64,000 nucleotides of DNA from an uncultured Candidatus Saccharibacteria bacterium (GTDB lineage Bacteria > Patescibacteriota > Minisyncoccia > Minisyncoccales > CAYUYO01): the NCBI GenBank assembly GCA_964449385.1, contig CAYUYO010000001.1, positions 36,720 through 100,719 on the forward strand. Reading direction: 5' to 3'. Every line of letters starts with the position of its first letter. Positions within the stretch are counted from its first letter, which is position 1. Below the pieces are notes generated by a model. That model had not been told where the DNA came from. It ran no database searches and saw nothing but the letters and a program-made list of their open reading frames with translations. The translations under genes were made by a program, and so were the position numbers. Below, in pieces: positions 30,072 to 39,160 of this stretch.

Positions 30072-30824
30072 TTAGCGAGTAAGCCATCCCCCGTCAACAG
30101 GTATCGTATGACCAGTAATATATTCCCCTTCTTCCGAACAGAGAAAGGCAACGGTATTAGCAATATCTTCTGGTTTACCTATTCTTCCGTAAGGAATATT
30201 GGCCATAAGTCCCGATTTAACCTCTTCCTGTGCCAGCATATCTTTGGTCATATCGGTAGCAATAACTCCTGGGGCAACAGCATTAACATTGATTTTATAT
30301 TTTCCCAATTCTAAAGCCAGCTCTTTTGTCATTGCTATTATTGCGCCTTTTGTAGCACAATAAACACTTGCCATTTCAAAACCGACAAAACCGGCAACAC
30401 TAGCAGTATTGACAATTTTACCGTAATTCTGCGATTTCATTTCGGGCAGTACATACTTTGTACATAAAATTGCACCCCTTAAGTTTATGGTTAATTCTTT
30501 ATCTATTGCCGAAGTTTCCATTTTATCTAATTCCTGCTGGATAAATATTCCGGCGTTATTCGCTAAAATATCAATTCTGCCAAATTTCTCTTTTACCGTT
30601 TTTACCGTTTGTTTAATTTCCTCTTCGTTTGTCACGTCCAATTTTAAAGCAAGTCCTTCTGAACCCAAACTTTCAATTTCTTCTACCACTTTTTGACAAT
30701 CCTCTTTTGAAATATCTGTTACTACAACTTTTGCTCCTTGTTTTGCTAATTTTAAGGCAATTGCTTTTCCGATTCCCCTTCTTGCTCCGGTGACAATAGC
30801 TACTTTGTTTTTTAAATCAGACAT
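30072..30824 (-). CDS. SDR family oxidoreductase (FabG-like)
   Basis: TGARRGIG, NNAG, YCATK, VNAVAPG, DGG. Confidence 0.92.
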   Translation of the reverse strand: MSDLKNKVAIVTGARRGIGKAIALKLAKQGAKVVVTDISKEDCQKVVEEIESLGSEGLALKLDVTNEEEIKQTVKTVKEKFGRIDILANNAGIFIQQELDKMETSAIDKELTINLRGAILCTKYVLPEMKSQNYGKIVNTASVAGFVGFEMASVYCATKGAIIAMTKELALELGKYKINVNAVAPGVIATDMTKDMLAQEEVKSGLMANIPYGRIGKPEDIANTVAFLCSEEGEYITGHTIPVDGGWLTR

Positions 30825-30867
30825 ATTTATTTATTTTTTATTGAATAATTTAAATTATAATCGACCT

Positions 30868-32052
30868 TTAAACTAATCCCAAAATCATAGCTATTCCTAA
30901 TCCTAAAATTATAAGACCGGAAATTAAATTAAGATATTTCAGATTTTTTGCTTCCCAACTTAAAATATTTTCTGTCCTGCTTAAACCAAAATAAACCATT
31001 AAAACTATAGCCAGCATCGGTAAAATAAATATTAAGTTATAAAGCAATAACCAGGGAAAAGCTTCACAGACACATAAGACGGATAAAATCCCACCGCAGA
31101 TAATATAAGGCCCGATAGTACAGGGAAGCAAAAATATCGTTACAAAGGCTCCGACCAGAAAAGCTCCTCGAGGACTGGTTACCTTATTAATAATTTTATC
31201 TACTCTTGGTGATATCTTACAAGTTGTTTTATTCTGAAAAAAATCTTTAAGACTAAAACAACCTAGTATTATCGCTCCCGCACCCAGAATTTTATAAAGC
31301 CACGGTCTAACAATAGTTAGTATCTGGATAAGCTGAAAAGATTTAATAATTATCAAACCGTAAATTAAATACATTATAAAAACCGAAGTAATAAAAGCTA
31401 ATCCGGCCAGTAAAACATTTTTTCTTTTGGAAGGATTATAACTTAAGATAGCAATAAGCATTAGAATTAAAACAGCCATAGCACATGGATTAACTGCATC
31501 AACCAACGCTAAAGAAATAATTTTGGAAAAAGTGAGCTTTGTTATGTTTTCTTCTATTGGCGGCTTTTCATTGTTATTTTCTTCCGGAATTATTTCCCCA
31601 TTCATCCAAACTTTTGGAGAACCTTGTAAAGAACTAATGTCTAATTCATTAAAACTAATCAAAGTCCCATCTATCATCGGACATTTGTTTCCATCAAGAG
31701 TTTCAATTTTTCCTCTAATATTTTCTAAAATCGGCTTATCCCCTGCTATATGCTCCTCTTGATTAAATATTATCAAAGGTATGCCTAATCCTGAATTATA
31801 TTTTTCATTATATTCGTAAAGCAGAGGAGCGTTTTCTTTTTGCTGATAAATTTCATATTCTATTATCACTAAATCAGGATATTCTTTCGGCAATTGCTCT
31901 AAAACTATTGGGTCTGCTTTAGCACAATGAGGACAGCCGATCCCGGTAAAATAAACTGCACAGGTAAAATCATTTTTAGCTAAACTAAAATTAGGAATTA
32001 AAAAAAATCCTAAAATTAAAATAATTATAATAAAAAATATTCTCTTATTCAT
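30868..32052 (-). CDS. Exported thioredoxin-like domain fused to CcdA/DsbD-beta transmembrane domain
   Basis: Signal peptide, GCPHC, DAVNPCA, LPCTIGPY, about 6 TM helices. Confidence 0.8.
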   Translation of the reverse strand: MNKRIFFIIIILILGFFLIPNFSLAKNDFTCAVYFTGIGCPHCAKADPIVLEQLPKEYPDLVIIEYEIYQQKENAPLLYEYNEKYNSGLGIPLIIFNQEEHIAGDKPILENIRGKIETLDGNKCPMIDGTLISFNELDISSLQGSPKVWMNGEIIPEENNNEKPPIEENITKLTFSKIISLALVDAVNPCAMAVLILMLIAILSYNPSKRKNVLLAGLAFITSVFIMYLIYGLIIIKSFQLIQILTIVRPWLYKILGAGAIILGCFSLKDFFQNKTTCKISPRVDKIINKVTSPRGAFLVGAFVTIFLLPCTIGPYIICGGILSVLCVCEAFPWLLLYNLIFILPMLAIVLMVYFGLSRTENILSWEAKNLKYLNLISGLIILGLGIAMILGLV

Positions 32053-32680
32053 CTTTTACAAACAGTCCGCAATAACAATGGCCATCTTTTTCAATTTCTT
32101 CTTTATGCCATTGGCAAGGACAGATTTTAGGTCTATCTTCTTCTATATCTTCGGTTATTCTTCTACATGGACAATATCGAGCTCCATATTTTTTCTCGTT
32201 TACCAAAAGTCCTTTTATTAATCTTTCAACTGCTGTTTTATCAAGGTTTAATCTAAAACCGTTCTTCTTAGCATAGTCTTTATACCATTTAATCATCTCT
32301 TCTTTTTCTTCTTTCTCTTCGCCTTTATTTTTTATTTCTTCTTTCTCTTCTTCTTTTTTACTATCTTCTAACATTTTATCTAACATTTCTTTGACTGTCT
32401 GCTCTGGTCTCACTCCAATAAATCCACTAATCGGCTTTTCATTTTTAAATAAAATAACTGTGGGAATTTGATCGATTCCAAATTTTTGGGCAGTTTGACG
32501 AGCTTCATCTACATTAACTTCAGCTAAAATGACTTTATCTTCGTATTCTTGGGCTAATTTTTCCAAAATCGGCGATAATATATTACATGGTCCGCACCAA
32601 GTTGCCCAAAAATCAACCAAAACAGGTTTGTCAGCTTTCTCTAAAAATTGTTCAAAATTTTGATCAGTTAAATTAACCAT
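32045..32680 (-). CDS. Thioredoxin fused to ferredoxin:thioredoxin reductase catalytic domain
   Basis: WATWCGPC; C-terminal YCPCR..CPC....GHCYCGLF; start moved to MVNLTD. Confidence 0.88.
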   Translation of the reverse strand: MVNLTDQNFEQFLEKADKPVLVDFWATWCGPCNILSPILEKLAQEYEDKVILAEVNVDEARQTAQKFGIDQIPTVILFKNEKPISGFIGVRPEQTVKEMLDKMLEDSKKEEEKEEIKNKGEEKEEKEEMIKWYKDYAKKNGFRLNLDKTAVERLIKGLLVNEKKYGARYCPCRRITEDIEEDRPKICPCQWHKEEIEKDGHCYCGLFVKDE

Positions 32681-32681
32681 T

Positions 32682-32867
32682 TTATTTTTTTGATGTTTCC
32701 TCAATCGCTCCCATTGGACAAATACTTTCTCCTCCGCATTTTTCAAGTTTTTCCGAATTAATAATTTCGGCTTTACCATCTTTTCCTATTTGAGTTGCTT
32801 CAGGACAATTTGCTACGCAAAGACCACAACCAATACATTTTTCTTTGTTCACCTTAAATTTTGCCAT
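32682..32867 (-). CDS. Ferredoxin
   Basis: CIGCGLCVANCP ... CPMGAI. Confidence 0.88.
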   Translation of the reverse strand: MAKFKVNKEKCIGCGLCVANCPEATQIGKDGKAEIINSEKLEKCGGESICPMGAIEETSKK

Positions 32868-32910
32868 AATATATTTTTAATTTAATTTCCAATTATTTAA
32901 ATTTGTCTTA

Positions 32911-33744
32911 TTACTTATTAAAGCTTAAAAGTTTTCCCTTAGAATAAGCCTCAACCAGTTTTTTAGAATAAGGAATCTCTTTTTCGATTTTTATCTTAAA
33001 TTTTTTGGAAATTTTTTCAATTGTTTTTTTATTTCCTAAATCTGACTGATTTAAGATTATTTTTGCTTTAATTTTTAGTTTTTTACATAAATCCAAAATT
33101 AAATTTAAATCAGAAGCTCCCATTGGAGTTGGTTCGGTAACGCAAAAAGCCAAATCACAGTCCAATAAAGCAGAAATTACTGGACAGTGAGTGCCGGCAG
33201 CAGTATCAAATAAAATATAGTCTATTTTATTTTTTTCTGCAAATTTTAAAGCAAAGTTTTTAACTTCGGTAACCACTGGCCCAGTTTCTTCCAATCCAGG
33301 ATTAGCTGCTCCTGTTACCAGCCAATAATCTTTTTTAATTTGAGTAAGATAAATTTGTCCTGTTTCTTCTTTTTGAGGTTTAATCGCTCCATAAGGACAA
33401 ACTATCCAACAGGCACCGCAACCTGAACATAAGTCTTTAAGAAAAACCGGATACTGGCCAGGAGCTTGAAAGATAGCATTACTTCGACAAGTTTTGGTAC
33501 ACAAACCACATTTAGTACATTTTTTTTTAATTAATTTTGGAAACTCAGCATAAACTTTTTGTCGAGGTTTTCTTAATTTTTGTCCTAAAAGAAGATAATC
33601 ATTAGGACATTCAACATCACAATCACAAAGAATAACTTTTTTATTTTTCCTAACTAATTTATTGGCAAATAAAATAGCAACAGTTGATTTCCCGACGCCT
33701 CCCTTTCCTCCTGTTATACTTATAGTTTTAATTCTCTGAGCCAT
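32911..33744 (-). CDS. MinD/CobQ-type P-loop ATPase with ferredoxin insert (paralog)
   Basis: GGKGGVGKS, DCDVECPN, two CxxCxxCxxxC motifs, DTAAGTHCPV, TEPTP. Confidence 0.9.
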   Translation of the reverse strand: MAQRIKTISITGGKGGVGKSTVAILFANKLVRKNKKVILCDCDVECPNDYLLLGQKLRKPRQKVYAEFPKLIKKKCTKCGLCTKTCRSNAIFQAPGQYPVFLKDLCSGCGACWIVCPYGAIKPQKEETGQIYLTQIKKDYWLVTGAANPGLEETGPVVTEVKNFALKFAEKNKIDYILFDTAAGTHCPVISALLDCDLAFCVTEPTPMGASDLNLILDLCKKLKIKAKIILNQSDLGNKKTIEKISKKFKIKIEKEIPYSKKLVEAYSKGKLLSFNK

Positions 33745-33749
33745 TTCTT

Positions 33750-34991
33750 TTATTTTTTCCTGGTTGGTTCTTCTAAAAGTTTAAGTTTTTCTTTCGAAAA
33801 TTTCTCTAAAAGTTCTTTTACACTTCCATCTACTCCCTGATAAACATCTACTACGTTATCTCTTAAAGTATGGAGAGAAATCGGTCCCATTTCTTTAGTA
33901 ATGATTGAATCAATTTTTTCTTCCAATACAAAATTTGAAGCTTCCAGCCCAGCTCTCATTTTTCTTTCTAAAAAAGGATTGTTCTTAAAATAAAAACTTT
34001 TAACTTCCCCTTTTTCAAATTCAATAAACATAAATTTTTTAGCTCTTCCAAAATGATTTGAAATCTCAGAATCCAAACCTTTTTCTTCTTCTATTGGAAT
34101 AGATAGTTTATGACTATCGGCAATTTCCGGAGCTATTCCAACTATTAAAGAATCTATAGTCTTCACTTTGTTTTTTATTTCTCTTTCAATATTGTTTGAA
34201 ATTTCCCTGGCTCGATTAATACTTACGCTCCGCCCCAATTTAACCTGAACTTCTCCAAAAATAAAAGGACCGGCTTTTCTCAATCTCAATCCTTTAAATC
34301 CCCTTACCCCGGAAATATTCTCCAAAATTTTTTTTATCTTTTCCTCTATCTCTTTACTGGGAGAAACATCCATTAAAGCAAAAATTGAATCTTTAGCGGA
34401 TTCAATTCCTATTTTAAAAATAAAAAAGGAAATTAAAATTCCCATAATTCCCTCCAAATACATAATTCCAAACCACCTGGCAAACAAACCGATTAAAACA
34501 ATTCCAGAAGAAAACAAATGCATTCTGGATTCTTTCCCGTCTGTCATTAAACTTTGAGAATTAATTTTCTGGCCTATTTTCATCTCATAGGTTCCAATAA
34601 AAAACATTACTATAGCATCCAATATTGCCACTCCAATTGCTATCAAAGGAATATTTAGTTCTCCTAAAGTAAAAATTTTACCAATAGCTTCTTTAATTAT
34701 TTCAAACCCAGCAAATAAAATTAAGCCGGAAATAATTAAAGCTGTAATATTTTCTACTTTGTAAAAGCCATAAGGAAATTTTTCAGTTGAAGGCTTTTGA
34801 GCAATTTTTAAACCAAACCAGGCAAAAAAGGTAGAAAAAGAATCAGCAGTACTATGAATAGCATCTGCCAATAAAACAACACTTCCAGAAATAAAACCTG
34901 CTACAGCTTTGGCTATAGCAAATAAAACGGTAACAGTTCCTGCTATCAATGCTGCTTTTTGCCCTTTTTTAAAAATATCTATATCTGCCAT
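33750..34991 (-). CDS. Cation diffusion facilitator fused to NifB/NifX domain
   Basis: ADAIHS..D, FPYGFYKVE, TM helices; C-terminal HFGRAKKF. Confidence 0.88.
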   Translation of the reverse strand: MADIDIFKKGQKAALIAGTVTVLFAIAKAVAGFISGSVVLLADAIHSTADSFSTFFAWFGLKIAQKPSTEKFPYGFYKVENITALIISGLILFAGFEIIKEAIGKIFTLGELNIPLIAIGVAILDAIVMFFIGTYEMKIGQKINSQSLMTDGKESRMHLFSSGIVLIGLFARWFGIMYLEGIMGILISFFIFKIGIESAKDSIFALMDVSPSKEIEEKIKKILENISGVRGFKGLRLRKAGPFIFGEVQVKLGRSVSINRAREISNNIEREIKNKVKTIDSLIVGIAPEIADSHKLSIPIEEEKGLDSEISNHFGRAKKFMFIEFEKGEVKSFYFKNNPFLERKMRAGLEASNFVLEEKIDSIITKEMGPISLHTLRDNVVDVYQGVDGSVKELLEKFSKEKLKLLEEPTRKK

Positions 34992-35008
34992 ATTATTCTA
35001 TTCTTTAT

Positions 35009-35413
35009 CTATCTCCCTCTCCTTCTCCTATCAAACCCTCTGCCTTGACCTAAACCAAAATGACCAGGAGCAGTAGGCATTTTTTCTTCCTTTAATTCTC
35101 CTTTATTATATTTATCAAGAGTTTCTTTAACCGTTAAATCAAACACTCCAGGATAAATTTTAATTCCTGACATTTGTAAAACTGAAAAAGCATTGGGACC
35201 AAAATTTCCACAAATTACAATTATAGCTCCTTCTGAAACTACAAGTTGAGATGCTGCTACTCCAGCTCCTTTTCCAGATTGAACAGCTTGATTTGGAATA
35301 GCTTTAAATTCTTTGCTCTCTGAATCTATAATTAAAAAATAAGGGCAACGGCCAAAAATCGGCGAAATCTGAGAATTTAAATCAGGTCCAGTAGCACAAA
35401 TACAAATCTTCAT
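35009..35413 (-). CDS. NifB/NifX-family Fe-Mo cofactor-binding-like protein
   Basis: FGRCPYF, GAGVAASQ, GNFGPNAF; Gly/Arg tail. Confidence 0.88.
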   Translation of the reverse strand: MKICICATGPDLNSQISPIFGRCPYFLIIDSESKEFKAIPNQAVQSGKGAGVAASQLVVSEGAIIVICGNFGPNAFSVLQMSGIKIYPGVFDLTVKETLDKYNKGELKEEKMPTAPGHFGLGQGRGFDRRRRGR

Positions 35414-35421
35414 AAATAAAT

Positions 35422-35634
35422 TTAGCGGTTTCGGGTCATTGAAGTACCGCATTTAGGACAGTGCTGCTCATAACAAGGAACACCTTGCTGGTGAGGAACT
35501 TTGTTTCCACATTTATGACAAATACATTCTCCTGAAGGTCCTAATCCAAAACCGCCAGATTGGCGACCTCTACCCCCTTTACCTAAACTTTGGCCTCCTC
35601 CTAATCTTTGACCAGATCCGCGTCCGTTAAACAT
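35422..35634 (-). CDS. Small Gly-rich Zn-ribbon protein
   Basis: GPSGECICHKCG..PHQQGVPC...CPKCG..M.R. Confidence 0.75.
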   Translation of the reverse strand: MFNGRGSGQRLGGGQSLGKGGRGRQSGGFGLGPSGECICHKCGNKVPHQQGVPCYEQHCPKCGTSMTRNR

Positions 35635-35635
35635 A

Positions 35636-35935
35636 TTATTTTTTGTTTTTTTTAGTTTCTAATTCTTTTATTCTTTCTTCAATTGCTTTCATCTCTTCTC
35701 TTAAAACTTCTAAATCTTCACCTAATATTTCTTTTTCTTCTTTCGGAGTAGGAAGTTCTGGAGAATAAAAAGGATAGTTTCCCCAACCTCTACCTAAACC
35801 TCTACCAAATCCTCTCCCCCAACCAAATCCATAGGGATTCATATAGCCAGGATAAGGATATCCAGAACAATAACCAAATCCCCTTCCGGTTCTTGGTCCC
35901 AAACCTCTAGGACCCGTTCTATCTCCACGTGGCAT
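35636..35935 (-). CDS. DUF5320 family protein
   Basis: MPRGDRTGPRGLGPRTGRGFGYC, GRG repeats, coiled-coil tail. Confidence 0.85.
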   Translation of the reverse strand: MPRGDRTGPRGLGPRTGRGFGYCSGYPYPGYMNPYGFGWGRGFGRGLGRGWGNYPFYSPELPTPKEEKEILGEDLEVLREEMKAIEERIKELETKKNKK

Positions 35936-35979
35936 AGTTTTTTAAAATTAAATTTTTAGATAATACGACCTTTTTCTTT

Positions 35980-36008
35980 ATAATATTTTTTAATTGCCTA
36001 ACTGTCAA
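35980..36008 (-). promoter_or_regulatory. Promoter for the Fe-S/redox operon
   Basis: TTGACA-17-TATTAT followed by AAAGGTCG. Confidence 0.65.
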
Positions 36009-36098
36009 CTCTTTATATTCCTAATTCTATTCAAAATTAAAAAATGGCTGTAAAGCCATCCTTATCCTCTTTCCTATTTTAAATCTTTATATTTACTA

Positions 36099-36368
36099 TT
36101 AAATGTTCATGTTTAGAATTTCTTCGTAAGACAGGCCAATAAAATCCTTTAATTTATCAGCAATTAAGTCTAATTCTTGCTCACCCTGAATATTCTTGGC
36201 TCGAATTGTCGCTTCTTTTCCATTTTTAAAATCTAATTCTATTCTATCGTCTATTTCATCAAAGCGTTCCAATAAACACTTGTTCGGTTCAACATGATTA
36301 TAACCCTCGTACCTTCTTATTAATGGAAAACGGTCGCAGACTAAGTTTTTACTTTCTTTGACCTTCAT
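36099..36368 (-). CDS. Hypothetical protein
   Basis: 89-aa ORF with normal composition; no recognised motif. Confidence 0.55.
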   Translation of the reverse strand: MKVKESKNLVCDRFPLIRRYEGYNHVEPNKCLLERFDEIDDRIELDFKNGKEATIRAKNIQGEQELDLIADKLKDFIGLSYEEILNMNI

Positions 36369-36412
36369 TTCTTTATTTTAAATAACAAACTTGATATGTC
36401 AAGGCAAAGATA

Positions 36413-36440
36413 TTGACATAGTTGAAATAATAGCTATAAT
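36413..36440 (+). promoter_or_regulatory. Promoter for CxxC-x17-CxxC gene with long leader
   Basis: TTGACA-16-TATAAT. Confidence 0.65.
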
Positions 36441-36575
36441 GAATCTAGACTTATAGTCGAAGTATCTTAAAGTAAGTTTTTGGCAATTCCAAAAAATTAG
36501 TAAAGGCTCAAATAAGTAGAGCGACTCGTAGTCATAAAAGGTCGCTTTATTTTTTAACAAATTCATTAACTTTAT

Positions 36576-36764
36576 ATGGCATTCGAAAAATTTAACGAAT
36601 CCTCGAGAAGTGATTTTCCTCCTCGAGAAATGGTTAAGGGAAATTGGAAATGTACTGATTGCGGAAAAGAAATAACTGAACTTCCTTTTAAACCATCACC
36701 GGACAGACCGATTTATTGTCGAGACTGCTGGGCAAAAAGAAGAGCCCAGAGACCTGAACGATAA
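36576..36764 (+). CDS. CxxC-x17-CxxC Zn-ribbon protein
   Basis: CTDCGKEITELPFKPSPDRPIYCRDC. Confidence 0.88.
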   Translation: MAFEKFNESSRSDFPPREMVKGNWKCTDCGKEITELPFKPSPDRPIYCRDCWAKRRAQRPER

Positions 36765-36767
36765 AAC

Positions 36768-36799
36768 AAAACTCCCGCTAGATTTTAGCGGGAGTTTTT
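36768..36799. terminator. Bidirectional intrinsic terminator
   Basis: AAAACTCCCGCTA-gattt-TAGCGGGAGTTTT between convergent genes. Confidence 0.85.
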
Positions 36800-37392
36800 T
36801 ATTTTTTAAAAACAACAAATTTATATCCAAAGAAATTCCATGCAGAAGCACAAATAATTCCTATAATTTTACCGATATTTGCCCATACTACGGTTGAAAT
36901 ATTAAATTGAGGACCAATGTAATTAACCACTATTGAGGCAATTCCTACATGGATAGCTCCGCTTATTAAGGTAATGACAAAAAACTGGCTGAATTCCTTG
37001 TTTATTCTTTTCTTCTCCATTTTTTCAAAAACCCAAAATTTGTCTCCGGAATATTTAATAAGAGTAGCAATAATAAAAGAAGCTCCTACAAAAACTGAAT
37101 ATGCTGCGCCTTCTGTAATTTTAGTAAAACTCATAAAAAGGTTAAAAATACCAATATCAATTAATGTTGCCGCTCCACCCATTAAAAGAAACTTTCCTCC
37201 CTGTAAAATAATCAAATATTTTTTACCAAGGAAAGAAACAATAAACATCCCGAGCAAAGATAAGAAAGGAAAAACTATTATAATAAATTCTTTGTAAGGA
37301 ATTTCTCTTCCAATATTATTTAAAGTAATAAAGAGAAAAACTCCGATAAAGAAACCAATTATTGTACTGATTATTGCATCTGTTTTTTTCAT
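36799..37392 (-). CDS. GtrA family flippase-like protein
   Basis: KFLLMGG..TLID, K.WVF, WNFFGYKFVVFKK. Confidence 0.82.
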   Translation of the reverse strand: MKKTDAIISTIIGFFIGVFLFITLNNIGREIPYKEFIIIVFPFLSLLGMFIVSFLGKKYLIILQGGKFLLMGGAATLIDIGIFNLFMSFTKITEGAAYSVFVGASFIIATLIKYSGDKFWVFEKMEKKRINKEFSQFFVITLISGAIHVGIASIVVNYIGPQFNISTVVWANIGKIIGIICASAWNFFGYKFVVFKK

Positions 37393-38423
37393 AATTTTCT
37401 CAAATATTGGGCAGCTTTTTCCGGTTCAATAGTTGAAATTTCCATGCCCATTCCCAATTCAAATCCTGCTAAAGAAGAAGTTCGCGGAAGAATTGTCCAG
37501 TGCCAATGATAATAAGGATATTCTTTGCCGTCGCAAGGAGAAGTATGAAGATAAAAATTATAGGCTGGATTTGATAATCCCTTATAAAGCTTCTTAAATA
37601 CCGTTTGAAAAGCTTCAGCCAAACTCCATTTTTCGTCTTCGCTAATTTTTTCAAAATAAGGAAGATGTTTTTTAGGAGATATTATAATCTGAAAAGCCAA
37701 TTTTGAAGCAAACGGACAAACAACAATAAATTTATTATTTTCAAAAACTTTTCTTTTTTTAACTTTCATATCCCATTTATTCAATTCGCAGTAAATACAC
37801 TTTCCAGATTTTTTATAATAATTTTTTGAGGTCTCAAGAGCTTTGTTTAAATCAACGTCAATCAACGGAGTAGTAATTATTTGAGAATGGGGATGAGTAA
37901 TTGAAGCTCCTGCTTTTTCTCCATAATTATGAAATATAGCAATGTGATTAACAAAAGTTTTATTCATTAAGTCTAAATATCTCTGATGATAAACGTCGAT
38001 CAATTCTTTAACTTCTTGTATGGTGAATTGAGCTAATGTTTTTTTATGGTCTCTTGTTACCACAACTTCGTGAAATCCTGCCGCATTCATTTTTTGATAA
38101 AACTCTCCTTCCTTTCTTTTTTCTAACTTCGGAAAAGGAATAAATGCCGGATACTTATTAGGAATGGAAACCGTAGTCCACTCTTTAGGAATTTTATTTG
38201 TCAAAATTTTTTTTCCCTTATTAAAAATTAAAACGGGCTTTTCCTGGCTTTCTAAATTACAAAATGGGCAATCTTTGGGCAAAATCTCTTTATCTTTTTT
38301 TCCTTTCGTCTTAAAATTTTCTGGTCTTTTAGCTCTTCCTGTGGCAATAATAACCCAGTTCTTACTAATAAGATCGTATCGCAATTCTGAAGGAAATTTT
38401 AATTGATTTTTTTTCTTTTGCAT
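37389..38423 (-). CDS. galT: Galactose-1-phosphate uridylyltransferase (HIT-like)
   Basis: RAKRP, CPFC, NKYPA, GASITHPHSQ, AGFELG. Confidence 0.9.
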   Translation of the reverse strand: MQKKKNQLKFPSELRYDLISKNWVIIATGRAKRPENFKTKGKKDKEILPKDCPFCNLESQEKPVLIFNKGKKILTNKIPKEWTTVSIPNKYPAFIPFPKLEKRKEGEFYQKMNAAGFHEVVVTRDHKKTLAQFTIQEVKELIDVYHQRYLDLMNKTFVNHIAIFHNYGEKAGASITHPHSQIITTPLIDVDLNKALETSKNYYKKSGKCIYCELNKWDMKVKKRKVFENNKFIVVCPFASKLAFQIIISPKKHLPYFEKISEDEKWSLAEAFQTVFKKLYKGLSNPAYNFYLHTSPCDGKEYPYYHWHWTILPRTSSLAGFELGMGMEISTIEPEKAAQYLRKL

Positions 38424-38436
38424 TTTATTACTATCT

Positions 38437-39159
38437 TTAATTATATTTTCTCTTAATTATATTCCATCTTATCACAAGCATATCTTTTGCCATTCTTAAA
38501 ATACTTTTAAAGTTTACCTTACTGGACAGATCGTTTTTCCAATAAATAGGTATTTCTTTTATTTTATATCCTTGCTTCTTGGCCAGAACCAAAGTTTCCG
38601 GGTCAAAGGCGAAACGTTCAATTCTTGTTTTGGAAAAAATTGATTCGGCTGCTTTTTTAGTGAATCCTTTAAAACCGCACTGAGTGTCTTCAATTTTCCA
38701 AAGCCCGACAATTATTTTCCTATATAATTTAAAACCTTCTCCAAAAAGAAAGTTTCTTAACCAGGACTGGGGCGGATCTAAAACTGCTCCTTTTATATCT
38801 CTTGAACCAATAATAACATCATAACCTTTTTTAAAGTATGGCCACATCTTCTCAATCTGATTAATACTGGTAGAGTTATCCGCATCAGTAAAAAGCCGGT
38901 AATCCCCTTTTGCTTCTAACATTCCAAAACGAACAGCATAACCTTTCCCGCGATTATTTTTATATCCCGTGATTACAAGATTTTTAATTTTCAGTACTAA
39001 CGATCGAACTACTTCAACTGTCCTATCTTTTGATCCGTCATCAACCACCAGAATTTCATATTCATAATTCTGCCTGCTTAAATATCTATCAATGTCTTTC
39101 AATGTAAAAGAAAGGCGATTTTCTTCATTATAAGCGGGAATAATTACTGATAAGTGCAT
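38437..39159 (-). CDS. GT2 glycosyltransferase (polyprenyl-phosphate glucosyltransferase-like)
   Basis: IIPAYNE, VDDGSKD, GKGYAV, DAD, DTQCGFK. Confidence 0.9.
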   Translation of the reverse strand: MHLSVIIPAYNEENRLSFTLKDIDRYLSRQNYEYEILVVDDGSKDRTVEVVRSLVLKIKNLVITGYKNNRGKGYAVRFGMLEAKGDYRLFTDADNSTSINQIEKMWPYFKKGYDVIIGSRDIKGAVLDPPQSWLRNFLFGEGFKLYRKIIVGLWKIEDTQCGFKGFTKKAAESIFSKTRIERFAFDPETLVLAKKQGYKIKEIPIYWKNDLSSKVNFKSILRMAKDMLVIRWNIIKRKYN

Positions 39160-39160
39160 A

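Noticed and set aside
33750-35413. Nitrogen fixation from NifB/NifX domains
   Set aside because: No nifHDK; these stand-alone domains are widespread in non-diazotrophic anaerobes.
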